This document shows positions 1-8,933 of a stretch of DNA of 64,000 nt, in pieces. The stretch is from positions 17,062 through 81,061 of the forward strand of contig VXTP01000044.1 in assembly GCA_009837395.1 (NCBI GenBank). Reading direction: 5' to 3'. The notes below the pieces were generated by a model that did no database searches, was not told the DNA's origin, and saw nothing but the letters and a program-made list of their open reading frames with translations. Position 1 is the stretch's first letter. Every line of letters begins with the position of its first letter. Both the position numbers and the translations under genes were made by a program. The stretch comes from Gemmatimonadota bacterium (lineage in GTDB: Bacteria > JAAXHH01).

Positions 1-72
1 TTTCGGCTGTATCCCGGGTGTGGCGACTTGATCCGCCGTTACCTTTCTCCGGAACAGTCCGTCCGTTCCAGA

Positions 73-107
73 CCACGAGGTGAAGGGACGCCACGAGGTG
101 AAGGGAC
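73..107. repeat. 18-bp-period tandem duplication (CCACGAGGTGAAGGGAC x2)
   Basis: Identical 17-mers at 73-89 and 91-107. Confidence 0.9.
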
Positions 108-141
108 ACCTCGCATCGTGAACCGGCCCTACTTGACCAGG

Positions 142-170
142 CGTGGCCCCGTGGATGGCGCGGGGCCACG
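142..170. terminator. GC-rich hairpin, possible terminator
   Basis: Perfect 10-bp inverted repeat CGTGGCCCCG (142-151) / CGGGGCCACG (161-170), downstream of the minus-strand gene run; no clear U-tract. Confidence 0.45.
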
Positions 171-200
171 TTATCCATGAACTCCACAGAAGAGTAGGTG

Positions 201-380
201 CTAGATTTTGCCGACGATCTCGACGGACAGCACCAGCGTCCGCTGTACCGATTTCCAAGTTTCCGGATTCGTCGCACACAGCAGCCCCTTGCGGTCATCC
301 ACAGGGGTGTACTCGGTGTCGTCCAACCTTCGCACGAAACCGCCCGCCTCCTGCGCAATCAGGACGCCTGGTCCGTGATT
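201..380 (-). pseudogene. 3' remnant of an inositol monophosphatase gene (diverged copy of the end of 1188..2012)
   Basis: Manual translation NHGPGVLIAQEAGGFVRRLDDTEYTPVDDRKGLLCATNPETWKSVQRTLVLSVEIVGKI*; 45 of 57 aligned residues match the C-terminus of 1188..2012; no start codon. Confidence 0.9.
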
Positions 381-388
381 ATTTGCGC

Positions 389-628
389 CTATCCGCGACG
401 CCCGGGCTCTGCATCGACGAACTGAAACACTTTTTCGAGCGGCTCCCCGAATACGTGGGCTATCCGGAACGCGACCTCGAGCGACGGCGAGTATTTGCCG
501 CCCTCGATCGCGTTGACCGTCTGCCGGGTGACACCGACCTGGTCGGCGAGTTGCTGCTGCGTCATCTCGCCGTGGCGGAACCGCAGGATCCGGATCTGGT
601 TGCGGATGCTCACTCTCGATCTAGCCAC
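389..628 (-). CDS. XRE-family helix-turn-helix transcriptional regulator
   Basis: MTQQQLADQVGVTRQTVNAIEGGKYSPSLEVAFRIA is a typical HTH_3 motif; GTG start at 628 lies just after the upstream stop. Confidence 0.9.
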   Translation of the reverse strand: MARSRVSIRNQIRILRFRHGEMTQQQLADQVGVTRQTVNAIEGGKYSPSLEVAFRIAHVFGEPLEKVFQFVDAEPGRRG

Positions 629-630
629 GT

Positions 631-1050
631 TCAGATCCCCCGGCGGTAGTAGACGATCTGCAACACGTTCTTCGTCACCTCGGATACGAACAACGAGATG
701 AGAAGCAGGTGAGCCACCCAGACGCTGCCGACCGAAAAGATCAGCGCAGTGATCGCGCCGATGACGCCGAAGCCCAGGATCCACGACGACCCACTTTCCG
801 CGCGCCAACCGATGAGCCGATCACGCTCGTCGACCTCGTCCGACCGGCTGGTGGCTGCCGCGACGATGTGTCCTACGATATTTACGGCCACGATGAAGAC
901 GACCGCCACGGCGAAGACCGGCACGTAGGGTGGCAAGGCACTGACACCGTTTGACAGCATGCGGCCGGCGACAATCAGGTAGCCGCCCAGGCCGATGAAG
1001 TAACTGACGAATTCAACCCAGACACTCTTCTCTTCGAAGGACATGTTCAT
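631..1050 (-). CDS. Hypothetical 4-TM membrane protein (DUF2178-like DERD motif)
   Basis: Four hydrophobic segments, DEVDERDRLI loop, C-terminal YYRRG; adjacent to an XRE gene. Confidence 0.8.
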   Translation of the reverse strand: MNMSFEEKSVWVEFVSYFIGLGGYLIVAGRMLSNGVSALPPYVPVFAVAVVFIVAVNIVGHIVAAATSRSDEVDERDRLIGWRAESGSSWILGFGVIGAITALIFSVGSVWVAHLLLISLFVSEVTKNVLQIVYYRRGI

Positions 1051-1072
1051 GCGTCTCCCAATGCGGATTAGA

Positions 1073-1139
1073 TGACTGATATACTTGACATGGTGTAAAA
1101 AATACTAGACATTAACTGGCGTGTCAAGAATTTTTGACA
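1073..1139. promoter_or_regulatory. Three 18-bp imperfect palindromes (TGTMAA-N6-TTKACA), putative XRE operators
   Basis: TGTCAA-gaattt-TTGACA (1122-1139), TGTAAA-aaatac-TAGACA (1094-1111), TGACTG-atatac-TTGACA (1073-1090), in AT-rich DNA upstream of 631..1050. Confidence 0.7.
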
Positions 1140-1187
1140 TCAGTATTTGTCCGGCACCTAAAGTCGTAGCAGAGCCTTACGCGGAGC

Positions 1188-2012
1188 CTAACCGACTACC
1201 GATACTGACGGCACCAGCGTCCGCTGTATCGACAACCACATTTCCGGATTCGTCGCGCACAGCAGCCCCTTGCGGTCATCCACCGGCGAATACTCCCTCC
1301 CATCCAGTCTGCGCACGAAACCGCCGGCCTCTTGCGCGATCAACGCGCCCGGCGCGTGATCCCAGACCAGGGTGCGATAGAAGAACAGGAAGTGCAGTTC
1401 GTTCTTCGCGAAGGAAGGATAGTTATAGCCGGCGCACCGGGTACGTTCGATGTACAGGAAGGAACCCAGTACCGCTTCGGCGGTGGGTCGCAAGGAATCA
1501 GGCAGGTACCATGTCGCCACCACGCCGCGCATACGATCCAGGGGAACGGAGGATGGGTCAACGGTCAGGGGCCTGTCTCCCTGGAAGGCCCCGCACCCCC
1601 GTTCCGCACTCGTCAACTGACCGTCTATCGGGTTGAGTATCCACGCTCCTATCGTCAAGCCCGACTGAATGAGGCAAACCATGATAGCAAACTCCGGTTG
1701 GCCTGCCGCGAAGTACTTTGTGCCATCCAGGGGATCGATTACCCAGACAGGCGCATCCGTCTGCAGCGCGGCCAACAGGTCGGGATCGTCATAGACGCTC
1801 TCCTCGCCCAGGACCAGCGAGCCTTCGATCAAACCGGGAAGACGAGATGACAGGAAAGCCTCGCACCGGGTATCGGCCGACGTGGTCACATCGCCCGCGC
1901 TCTTCTCGGTGACGTCGTCCCGACCCAGATTCCTCCAGAACGGCATGACAATTTGCGTGGCCGCTTCGCGAAGGAGGGCCTCGACCTGGGCGTGGGGGAT
2001 ATTCACGTACAT
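1188..2012 (-). CDS. Inositol monophosphatase family protein
   Basis: GEE, WVIDPLDGT and WDHAPG motifs. Confidence 0.92.
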   Translation of the reverse strand: MYVNIPHAQVEALLREAATQIVMPFWRNLGRDDVTEKSAGDVTTSADTRCEAFLSSRLPGLIEGSLVLGEESVYDDPDLLAALQTDAPVWVIDPLDGTKYFAAGQPEFAIMVCLIQSGLTIGAWILNPIDGQLTSAERGCGAFQGDRPLTVDPSSVPLDRMRGVVATWYLPDSLRPTAEAVLGSFLYIERTRCAGYNYPSFAKNELHFLFFYRTLVWDHAPGALIAQEAGGFVRRLDGREYSPVDDRKGLLCATNPEMWLSIQRTLVPSVSVVG

Positions 2013-2048
2013 CGTCTCCCGTCGTGGTGTCGTTCGCGTGCCAATTTC

Positions 2049-2861
2049 TTATCGAAAAATAAACTCGAACACGCTCTGCCAGGTTCCCATTTTCTCCCGG
2101 TCGGGATGCTCGAGGCCATAGGCGCGGAAAAACGGGGAGATCCACTCCTCGCCCAGGTTTCTCTGTATCGTCCAGCTCGCGGACACGAAATCCAGGTACC
2201 TGTCGCCGACACCTGCGAAACCAAGGTCTATGAATCCGGTCAGTTCGCCGTCCTTGAACAGGACGTTGGGCAGGCAGTAGTCGCCGTGTGTGAAGACCAG
2301 GTCCTCCTCCTCGGGCAGAGCGGCTTTGATCGCGTCGAGTTCTTCCCTTAGACCGTCTCTGGTACCGCCTGCCGGGATCCGATCGTCGAACACACCACCG
2401 TCGATCAGGTCCGCCGACCACTGAAAGAACCGCGACATGCGCCAATCCATGGGACAAGATCCGATGTCCAGTGCGTGTATTTCGCGCAGGCCCCGTGCGA
2501 ACTCTCGCACGAGATGTGCTGGATCGTCGGTCACGTCCGGATGTATCCCTGTTACGCCTTCCAACTGTGTCATGAGCAGGTACTGGATATCGCCTTCCAC
2601 GTGAAAACACCGGTACTCGGGTACGGGCAGTTTGTCTTGCAACCACGTCAGGGCCACGGTCTCCGCCAGCAGGTCCGGTTCTTGTGGCCTCAATCGGACG
2701 TCCCGTGTCTTCAGGATCAGGCCGCTCTTCAGGGGGTGCGTATAGAGGAAGACGTCCGAACAGGATTCGGTCCTCTGATTGCGGCCGTCGGAAATGTATC
2801 CCCTCAGGCGATCACGGATGGGTTCGGGAAGGTTATTCGGAGTAGGCGGATGGGAACGCAT
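2049..2861 (-). CDS. APH(3')-like aminoglycoside phosphotransferase
   Basis: LVFTHGDYCLPNVL and GFIDLGFAGVGDRYLD motifs; LREIHALDIGSCPMD. Confidence 0.85.
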   Translation of the reverse strand: MRSHPPTPNNLPEPIRDRLRGYISDGRNQRTESCSDVFLYTHPLKSGLILKTRDVRLRPQEPDLLAETVALTWLQDKLPVPEYRCFHVEGDIQYLLMTQLEGVTGIHPDVTDDPAHLVREFARGLREIHALDIGSCPMDWRMSRFFQWSADLIDGGVFDDRIPAGGTRDGLREELDAIKAALPEEEDLVFTHGDYCLPNVLFKDGELTGFIDLGFAGVGDRYLDFVSASWTIQRNLGEEWISPFFRAYGLEHPDREKMGTWQSVFEFIFR

Positions 2862-2932
2862 GGTTTTCTCTTAAAACTGCAGGCAATCGATGCAGGAGGC
2901 TGCAGGAGGTTATTACGATTCGGCACAGGGAG

Positions 2933-3619
2933 TCAGTTAGCTAGCGAGTTTACCGCGTCCGAAACTTCACGCACATCGGCCACGGTCGTATCAGGAGCCT
3001 CATCCGGTGTGCGAGGTTCCATCATACGATAACGCCCCCATCGTAACCAGATCGTTTTCATGCCGATTCGCCTGGCCGGTATGATGTCGTTGTCGAGCCG
3101 GTCTCCGATCATGATTGCTTCGGACGCCTTCGTGTCCGCATTCGCGAGGATGGTCTCAAAGAAGCGTTGATCCGGTTTCTTTACTCCGATACTCCCGGAT
3201 ACGTCGGTGTGGGTGAACCGGTGCAATATGCCAAGTTCCACCAGAAGTTCTCGAACCGATGCAGGCGCGTTTCCGGCAAGACCAAGCGTATAAGCGTCGG
3301 CCAACTTTTCCAGTAGCCTATCTACGCCGGGATTGAGTCTGATTTCAATCTGCCTGATCTCATCATAATGCGAACGTATCTTGCGGGTAATGTCGTCGTG
3401 CAGGCCTTTATCCGCTTTCGCAAAATGCCACGTAATCGCATGCATCGCACTGGGCACGAAGGACCTTATCATCGCATCATCCAGCTGCCGGTATTCGTCC
3501 TGCGATATGGAAAAACCGAAGTCCTCCAGGACGTTTCGATGCACTTCCATCAACGCGTCCATCTGTGGTCCGGCGTCCAGGATGGTTTCACCGATATCGA
3601 AGAACAACGTTGTAGTCAT
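2933..3619 (-). CDS. HAD-family hydrolase
   Basis: FFDIGETI, KKPD and IGDRLDND motifs; ATG start at 3619 chosen. Confidence 0.88.
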   Translation of the reverse strand: MTTTLFFDIGETILDAGPQMDALMEVHRNVLEDFGFSISQDEYRQLDDAMIRSFVPSAMHAITWHFAKADKGLHDDITRKIRSHYDEIRQIEIRLNPGVDRLLEKLADAYTLGLAGNAPASVRELLVELGILHRFTHTDVSGSIGVKKPDQRFFETILANADTKASEAIMIGDRLDNDIIPARRIGMKTIWLRWGRYRMMEPRTPDEAPDTTVADVREVSDAVNSLAN

Positions 3620-3679
3620 CAAGGTCCAACCGGGGATCACCGATCAGGATTCGTCTGCGAGGCGGAATCTGGTCGCACG

Positions 3680-4546
3680 TCAGCCGTGCCTGGATGCGTC
3701 CGCTGTTTCCTCCGCCCTCCATTCCCCGTCGAAACCCGTATATCCGTCGGTGAAATGCTTGAGGCGATCGGGAAGCCGTTCGGCGAGGGCGGCGGCGGAA
3801 GCGGGAAGGGGCCATGGCGCGTCGATGCGCCACGCTTTCGGGCGGAAACCGATTCCGCAGGAGTAGCGTCTTTCGCGGGTGGCCATGTTGGCATGCCAGG
3901 TGAGTGCGGCGAAGCAGATCAGGTCTCCGGGGTCGGCGAGGACCGGGACGCAGCCGGGCACGGACATGGGGTCGTAGGGCGTATCGGGCGTACCACCTTC
4001 GGGGTACAGACCGACCCGGTTCGGTCCCATTACGAACCCATCGGGGCCGTCCCACTCGAGATGGTGGGATTTCTCGATGACCGCGATGCCGCTGCGGTCC
4101 GGATGGCTTCCGTTGAGATAGAACCAGCAGCCGCTGGGGATGGGATAGCGGTTGAGGACGTCATTGGCCCGTTGCGGGTTGTCGATGTGTCCCCGGTGGT
4201 CCTGGTGCCAGCGGCCCATGCCCTCGCCCGGTGTGCGCAGGATGGCCGCGGACCGATGCAGGCAGAGGTCGTCGGTGCCGTGGATAGTGCGAATGAATCC
4301 CATGTAGGCCGGGTGGTCGACCAGGTCCCAGACAGGTTCGCTGTCCTCGGCGAAGGACATGTGGTACCGGTTGGACGCCGGGGCCAGGTCACCCTCCGGA
4401 TCCAGGTGCCGGTCGATGGAATCCTTCAATGCGGTGACCATGTCCCGGTCGATCAGCTGCCGGATGACGCAGAAGCCGTACTCATCCAGGCAGGCCAGGG
4501 CCGCCTCTATGTCGTCTCGATCAAAATGATAGTTGTAATCGGGCAT
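3680..4546 (-). CDS. Phytanoyl-CoA dioxygenase (PhyH) family Fe(II)/2OG dioxygenase
   Basis: LDEYGFCVI, WHQD, GDLICF...WHA; the ORF could extend to GTG 4618 through a 15-bp repeat. Confidence 0.85.
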   Translation of the reverse strand: MPDYNYHFDRDDIEAALACLDEYGFCVIRQLIDRDMVTALKDSIDRHLDPEGDLAPASNRYHMSFAEDSEPVWDLVDHPAYMGFIRTIHGTDDLCLHRSAAILRTPGEGMGRWHQDHRGHIDNPQRANDVLNRYPIPSGCWFYLNGSHPDRSGIAVIEKSHHLEWDGPDGFVMGPNRVGLYPEGGTPDTPYDPMSVPGCVPVLADPGDLICFAALTWHANMATRERRYSCGIGFRPKAWRIDAPWPLPASAAALAERLPDRLKHFTDGYTGFDGEWRAEETADASRHG

Positions 4547-4617
4547 GGTGTGCTCCGTCGCGGTTTCCTCCGTCTCGGTTTCCTCCGTCGGGGTCTGTTT
4601 CAACGTAGCGTGCTCCA

Positions 4618-5316
4618 CTACAATTCCGCCCCCGGACGGTAACCGCCCTGTCGCCTTCCAGCGTCATATACCATCTGTACAACCTTCCCCGGATGGTCCA
4701 CGCCTGCATACGGGCCGATCCCGGCAGCGGCCTGCTCGAAAGCCAGCGTATCCGATTCGGATTTCGACCACAGGGCCGCATAGAAAGAGACCCCCGCGGC
4801 CGTCGCGGCTTCCAGGTCATCGACGGAATCGCCGACGTAGACGGTATCAGAAGGTGAAGCGCCCAGATTGCTCATCGCCTTCACGAGACCTTCGCAATCC
4901 GGTTTGGGCGCGGATACATCGTCATCGAAGACCAGCGTATCGAATGGGCCCAACCGGGCGTGTTCGCGGGTGATCGCCCAGGCGCCCCGGCTCTTGCCGG
5001 AAACGATACCCATCTTGATACCGCGACTACGCAGCGATGTCAACAGTCCGTCGACGCCGGGATACACGCCATCGAAGTAACTGGCGTGTAGGCCTCGGTA
5101 GTTTTCCAGGAATCGTCGATGGGCGCCTTCAACTTCATCCGACGGATAGAAATGGGCCATCAGGCGCGGTTCGGAATTCAGGCGGAGCGACAGCACTTCT
5201 TCCAGGGACAACAGGTTGTGTCCGGTCGCCTGCAGCGTCTGGACGACCGACTGTACGTACAGGTTCAACGTGTCGATCAGCGTTCCATCCAGATCGAAGA
5301 GGACAAACCGGGTCAT
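4618..5316 (-). CDS. HAD-family hydrolase (phosphoglycolate phosphatase-like)
   Basis: LFDLDGTLIDT, PKPD, YVGDSVDD; ATG at 5316. Confidence 0.9.
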   Translation of the reverse strand: MTRFVLFDLDGTLIDTLNLYVQSVVQTLQATGHNLLSLEEVLSLRLNSEPRLMAHFYPSDEVEGAHRRFLENYRGLHASYFDGVYPGVDGLLTSLRSRGIKMGIVSGKSRGAWAITREHARLGPFDTLVFDDDVSAPKPDCEGLVKAMSNLGASPSDTVYVGDSVDDLEAATAAGVSFYAALWSKSESDTLAFEQAAAGIGPYAGVDHPGKVVQMVYDAGRRQGGYRPGAEL

Positions 5317-5453
5317 TACTTGTTGGATCTCCGCCTTGCGAGCAGGGCCTCGATGGCGCGGGCCGTGTACCGGTCGATAGGAAGTGTCAGCGCTTCTTCC
5401 GTCGTCTCGCCGAGTTCGATATGCCCGCCAGGTATGGTGTACAGGTTCCAATG
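5316..5453 (-). pseudogene. Internally deleted NUDIX hydrolase remnant
   Basis: Manual translation HWNLYTIPGGHIELGETTEEALTLPIDRYTARAIEALLARRRSNK*: the first half of a Nudix box joined to a C-terminal helix; the stop overlaps the next ATG (TAATG). Confidence 0.75.
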
Positions 5454-5498
5454 AGAAAGCGATAGAAGGGAAACAATTAGATCGAGCTGTGAGAAGAC

Positions 5499-7199
5499 TT
5501 ACGCCGCGTTGCGATCGACGAACTGCGAGACTTTCGCGAAGATCTCGGCCCGATGTTTCGCGAGGCCGTGGGTATCGTCAGGGTAGACCACCAGGGAACA
5601 GTCGCCGCCCGATTCGTTGATGCTTTCATGCAACCGGCGCATGTCACTCGTCGATGCTACGGTATCCAGCTCTCCGTGAAAGAGCAATACAGGTACTCTG
5701 ATCCTTTCGACGTTACGCCGTACGGATCTTTCCTCCAGCGCCCTCTCCCGCTCGATTGCGCCTGGCGGAAGCAACGTGCCGTGGCGACCAGGCAGCACAC
5801 GGAGATTCATGCAGCAACAGGTCGCTACGACGCACGAAAATGGCGATTCAGGATGCTTGACAGCCATCATGCCGAGATACCCGCCGTAGCTGTTTCCGAA
5901 CAGCGCCAGATCGCGGCCTGCGCCGAAATGATTATGCCATGCAATCCCGGTATCGATCACATCCTGGACGTCTTTGACTCCCGCGACGCCCCGGTTTGCC
6001 TGGAACAGATTGTCGCCGAATCCTCGCGATCCGCGATACGCCACGCGGACCACTTCAAACCCTTCGCGCACAAGACACATCGCCCACGAGTCGGTCCGGT
6101 TCAGGTCACCCCCCGGGCCTCCGTGGACGTATACTACGGCCACATTGCGCGGAGAGGCGGGTACCAGGCGCTGCGCGGGCAATTCCAGCCCGTCGGACGC
6201 GGTGACGACGAACTCCTGCAGGCTGTATTCCGGCGCCGGTTCATCGTATTCGGCGAATACGGCGCACCCGGCTCCTTTCTCCCCGAAATAAACCTTGCCG
6301 TCCGTACCGATAAAATACACACACCGGCCATGATCCCCGAAGGCGACCTTGTGCCAGGTCAATTCCTTCGCTACTTCGACTCCTGGCGGGAGCTGGATTG
6401 ACGCGCACTTTCGCCCGGAGGGAACCTCGTGCCAGGCCACCTCGCCCGTGTCAATGCAAAGCAGCTCGGTCGAACCCGGTTCGGACGAAAAAACACCCTC
6501 CCTCCCGGGAAATTTCAGGCAATCGGCAGCCTGCCCGGAAAGATCGACGACGCGGGTGCGGTATCCCGATTCGGTACGTTCGCTGAGTGAGAACCATCTC
6601 TCGTCGGTGGACCAGGGAGACAGGCCGAAATGCTGACTGGTGGTTCCTTTCAGAACGGGCCGGACCGATTTCCGTGTCCGGTCATAAATACAGGCCTCCT
6701 GGGGCTTCTCGTCTTCATCAAGGTCTCCCCGGTGAAATGCGATCTGTCTGCCGGAAGGCGACCATGCGGGAAACCGGTCCACGAAGTTGTCCGAATTAGT
6801 CAGCCTCTCTGTAACTCCCGTCGCGATTTCATGGCGGAACAGGTCCGGAGGCCGGGTGAAACCGTGCTCCGTGATATGCCGGCCATACGCGGTGAAGGCA
6901 AGATGCGACCCATCGGGTGACCACCTGCTGAAACCCGCTTGCATTCGATTGTCGTCGTATATGATCGTGGTTTCGTCCCTGGAAACGTCATGTACGGCAA
7001 TACGGCCGTCGTTACCCGAGAAGGTCAGCTTCTTGCCGTCCGGAGACCAACGCGGGTGATGGGGCAGATAGTTCGGCGGGATCCGGCGAATTGCCTCGCC
7101 GGCCGAATTTCGTATCTCGATCCACCGCTCACCGGTGACGCCCCGGCACAGCAGCGCGATGCGTCCTGATCCCGGATCGAAATCGAAATCGTCAATCAT
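5499..7199 (-). CDS. S9-family peptidase with N-terminal TolB/PD40-like beta-propeller
   Basis: Repeated WSPDG motifs; VHGGP, GNSYGG nucleophile, HGELD and DTHG. Confidence 0.9.
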   Translation of the reverse strand: MIDDFDFDPGSGRIALLCRGVTGERWIEIRNSAGEAIRRIPPNYLPHHPRWSPDGKKLTFSGNDGRIAVHDVSRDETTIIYDDNRMQAGFSRWSPDGSHLAFTAYGRHITEHGFTRPPDLFRHEIATGVTERLTNSDNFVDRFPAWSPSGRQIAFHRGDLDEDEKPQEACIYDRTRKSVRPVLKGTTSQHFGLSPWSTDERWFSLSERTESGYRTRVVDLSGQAADCLKFPGREGVFSSEPGSTELLCIDTGEVAWHEVPSGRKCASIQLPPGVEVAKELTWHKVAFGDHGRCVYFIGTDGKVYFGEKGAGCAVFAEYDEPAPEYSLQEFVVTASDGLELPAQRLVPASPRNVAVVYVHGGPGGDLNRTDSWAMCLVREGFEVVRVAYRGSRGFGDNLFQANRGVAGVKDVQDVIDTGIAWHNHFGAGRDLALFGNSYGGYLGMMAVKHPESPFSCVVATCCCMNLRVLPGRHGTLLPPGAIERERALEERSVRRNVERIRVPVLLFHGELDTVASTSDMRRLHESINESGGDCSLVVYPDDTHGLAKHRAEIFAKVSQFVDRNAA

Positions 7200-7211
7200 C
7201 TTCAGCTTCCC

Positions 7212-8717
7212 TCATGCTTTCCGTTCACGGTCATCATTACAGAAAGGTACCGCGGGTGAAGGCCTTACCGCGATGTCTTCCGACTTCACCAGTTCCAGCA
7301 TCCGTGACATCTCCCGGACGAGTTCCGGATGGTCGCCGTACCGGTTTACCCGTTCCGAGATGTCCTTGTCGAGATCGAAGAGCTCGCCGGGGAAGTCGTG
7401 GGCGATATAACCCCGCTCATCCTTGAACCAGTCGGGTTCGCGGTTGTCGTCTCCGTCCGGAGCATCGATGAAGACCCAGTTGTCTCTACGGATGGCGAAG
7501 GTGCCGTGGCAACTGTGGTGAACGGCAAAGTCCCGCACCGGAGCCTGCGTCTCGCCTTGCAACAGCGGCAGCATGCTCACGCTGTCCTCGCCTTCGTCCT
7601 CCCGCAGGTCGACGCCGGTCTGGTCGGCGCAGGTCGCCATGAAGTCGCCCAGGGTGGTGAGCTGGTCGCAGACCGATCCGGCGGGCACAACACCCGGCCA
7701 CCGAGCGAGGAAGGGGACGCGGTGCCCGCCCTCCCACACGTCGCGCTTGACGCCGCGCAGGTTCCCCATGCTGTAGTGGCCATGAATTCGTGCGTGTTCG
7801 TAGCTCCCGCCGTCCGCGGCCGGGGCGCACTCCGGTCCGTTGTCGCTCGTGAAGATCAGCAAGGTGTCGTCGGCGATCCCGCGGCGCTCCAGGGCCGCCA
7901 TGATCTGGCCCACTACCCAGTCCACTTCGCACACGAAGTCGCCGTAAAGCCCCGAACCGCTCCGTCCGATGAACGGCGCGTTGGGCACGATGGGCGTGTG
8001 GGGCGACGTGAGCGGGAAGTAGAGGAAGAACGGATCGGGCCCGGACGATTCGATGTAGTTCACCGCGCGGCGTATGAACGCGGGGATCATCTCCTCGAGC
8101 GACCAGCCCGGTTTCATGACGCCGGGCCATCCGAACATGTCGTCGGGCTTTGGTACGGTCGGCTCCCCGGCGAGCCGGTCCTGCTCGAACCAGGTGTAGG
8201 GCGGGAAATTCGGCACATCCACGCCGAAGTACGTGTCGAATCCGCAGTCGACCGGCCCCCCGCGCATGGGCGCACTGAAATCGACCTGCCGTTCCCGTTC
8301 CTCCCGCAGTTCCCGGTCCAGTCTGCCCACCGCCGTCCCCTCGTGGGCGGGCTTCCCGTCCAGGGTAGCCCATTCCCATCCCAGGTGCCATTTTCCGATG
8401 CACGCGGTGCGGTAACCCTGCTCGCGAAGCAATTCCGCCGCGGTAAGGCGGCCGGGCTCGATCAGGGGCGGGTCGTAGGGCCAGAGGACGCTGTTCTGCA
8501 GGGGCGTGCGCCAGCAGTAGCGGCCGGTCAGCAGGGCATACCGGCTCGGTGTGCACACGCTCGAAGGAGCATGGGCGTCGGTAAAGCGCATGCCTTCGCC
8601 AGCGAGCATGTCCAGGTGGGGCGTCGGGATCTTGGAACCGGGGTTGTTGCACCCCATGTCGCCGTATCCCATGTCGTCGGCGAGGATGTAGATGATGTTG
8701 GGCGTGGAATTGGGCAT
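7212..8717 (-). CDS. Arylsulfatase (formylglycine-dependent sulfatase)
   Basis: PNIIYILADDMGYGD, CTPSRYALLTG, GKWHLG, SDNG. Confidence 0.95.
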   Translation of the reverse strand: MPNSTPNIIYILADDMGYGDMGCNNPGSKIPTPHLDMLAGEGMRFTDAHAPSSVCTPSRYALLTGRYCWRTPLQNSVLWPYDPPLIEPGRLTAAELLREQGYRTACIGKWHLGWEWATLDGKPAHEGTAVGRLDRELREERERQVDFSAPMRGGPVDCGFDTYFGVDVPNFPPYTWFEQDRLAGEPTVPKPDDMFGWPGVMKPGWSLEEMIPAFIRRAVNYIESSGPDPFFLYFPLTSPHTPIVPNAPFIGRSGSGLYGDFVCEVDWVVGQIMAALERRGIADDTLLIFTSDNGPECAPAADGGSYEHARIHGHYSMGNLRGVKRDVWEGGHRVPFLARWPGVVPAGSVCDQLTTLGDFMATCADQTGVDLREDEGEDSVSMLPLLQGETQAPVRDFAVHHSCHGTFAIRRDNWVFIDAPDGDDNREPDWFKDERGYIAHDFPGELFDLDKDISERVNRYGDHPELVREMSRMLELVKSEDIAVRPSPAVPFCNDDRERKA

Positions 8718-8884
8718 GGTTAGGTTCTGGCGATAAGGGAAGCGGTCCGGGGCCACCTGCTTCCGGTTGATACGGTAGTAGCAGGCACCGGTGCAGACCC
8801 TGTCAGTGACGTTGACGAAAATGTTGGCGGATTCATCCTGTACCTAATATGTCGATCGATTAAGTTAATGACAAGTTGCAAGGT

Positions 8885-8929
8885 CCCAAACCGTGTCGCG
8901 GGAGACCCAAACCGTGTCGCTGGAGACCC
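8885..8929. repeat. 21-bp tandem duplication including the RBS
   Basis: CCCAAACCGTGTCGC(G/T)GGAGA x2 immediately before ATG 8934. Confidence 0.85.
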
Positions 8930-8933
8930 GGAC

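Noticed and set aside
1-180. Open + frame from the window start (FRLYPGCG...RYP*)
   Set aside because: May be a gene end, but it has no recognisable motif and runs through a repeat and a hairpin.
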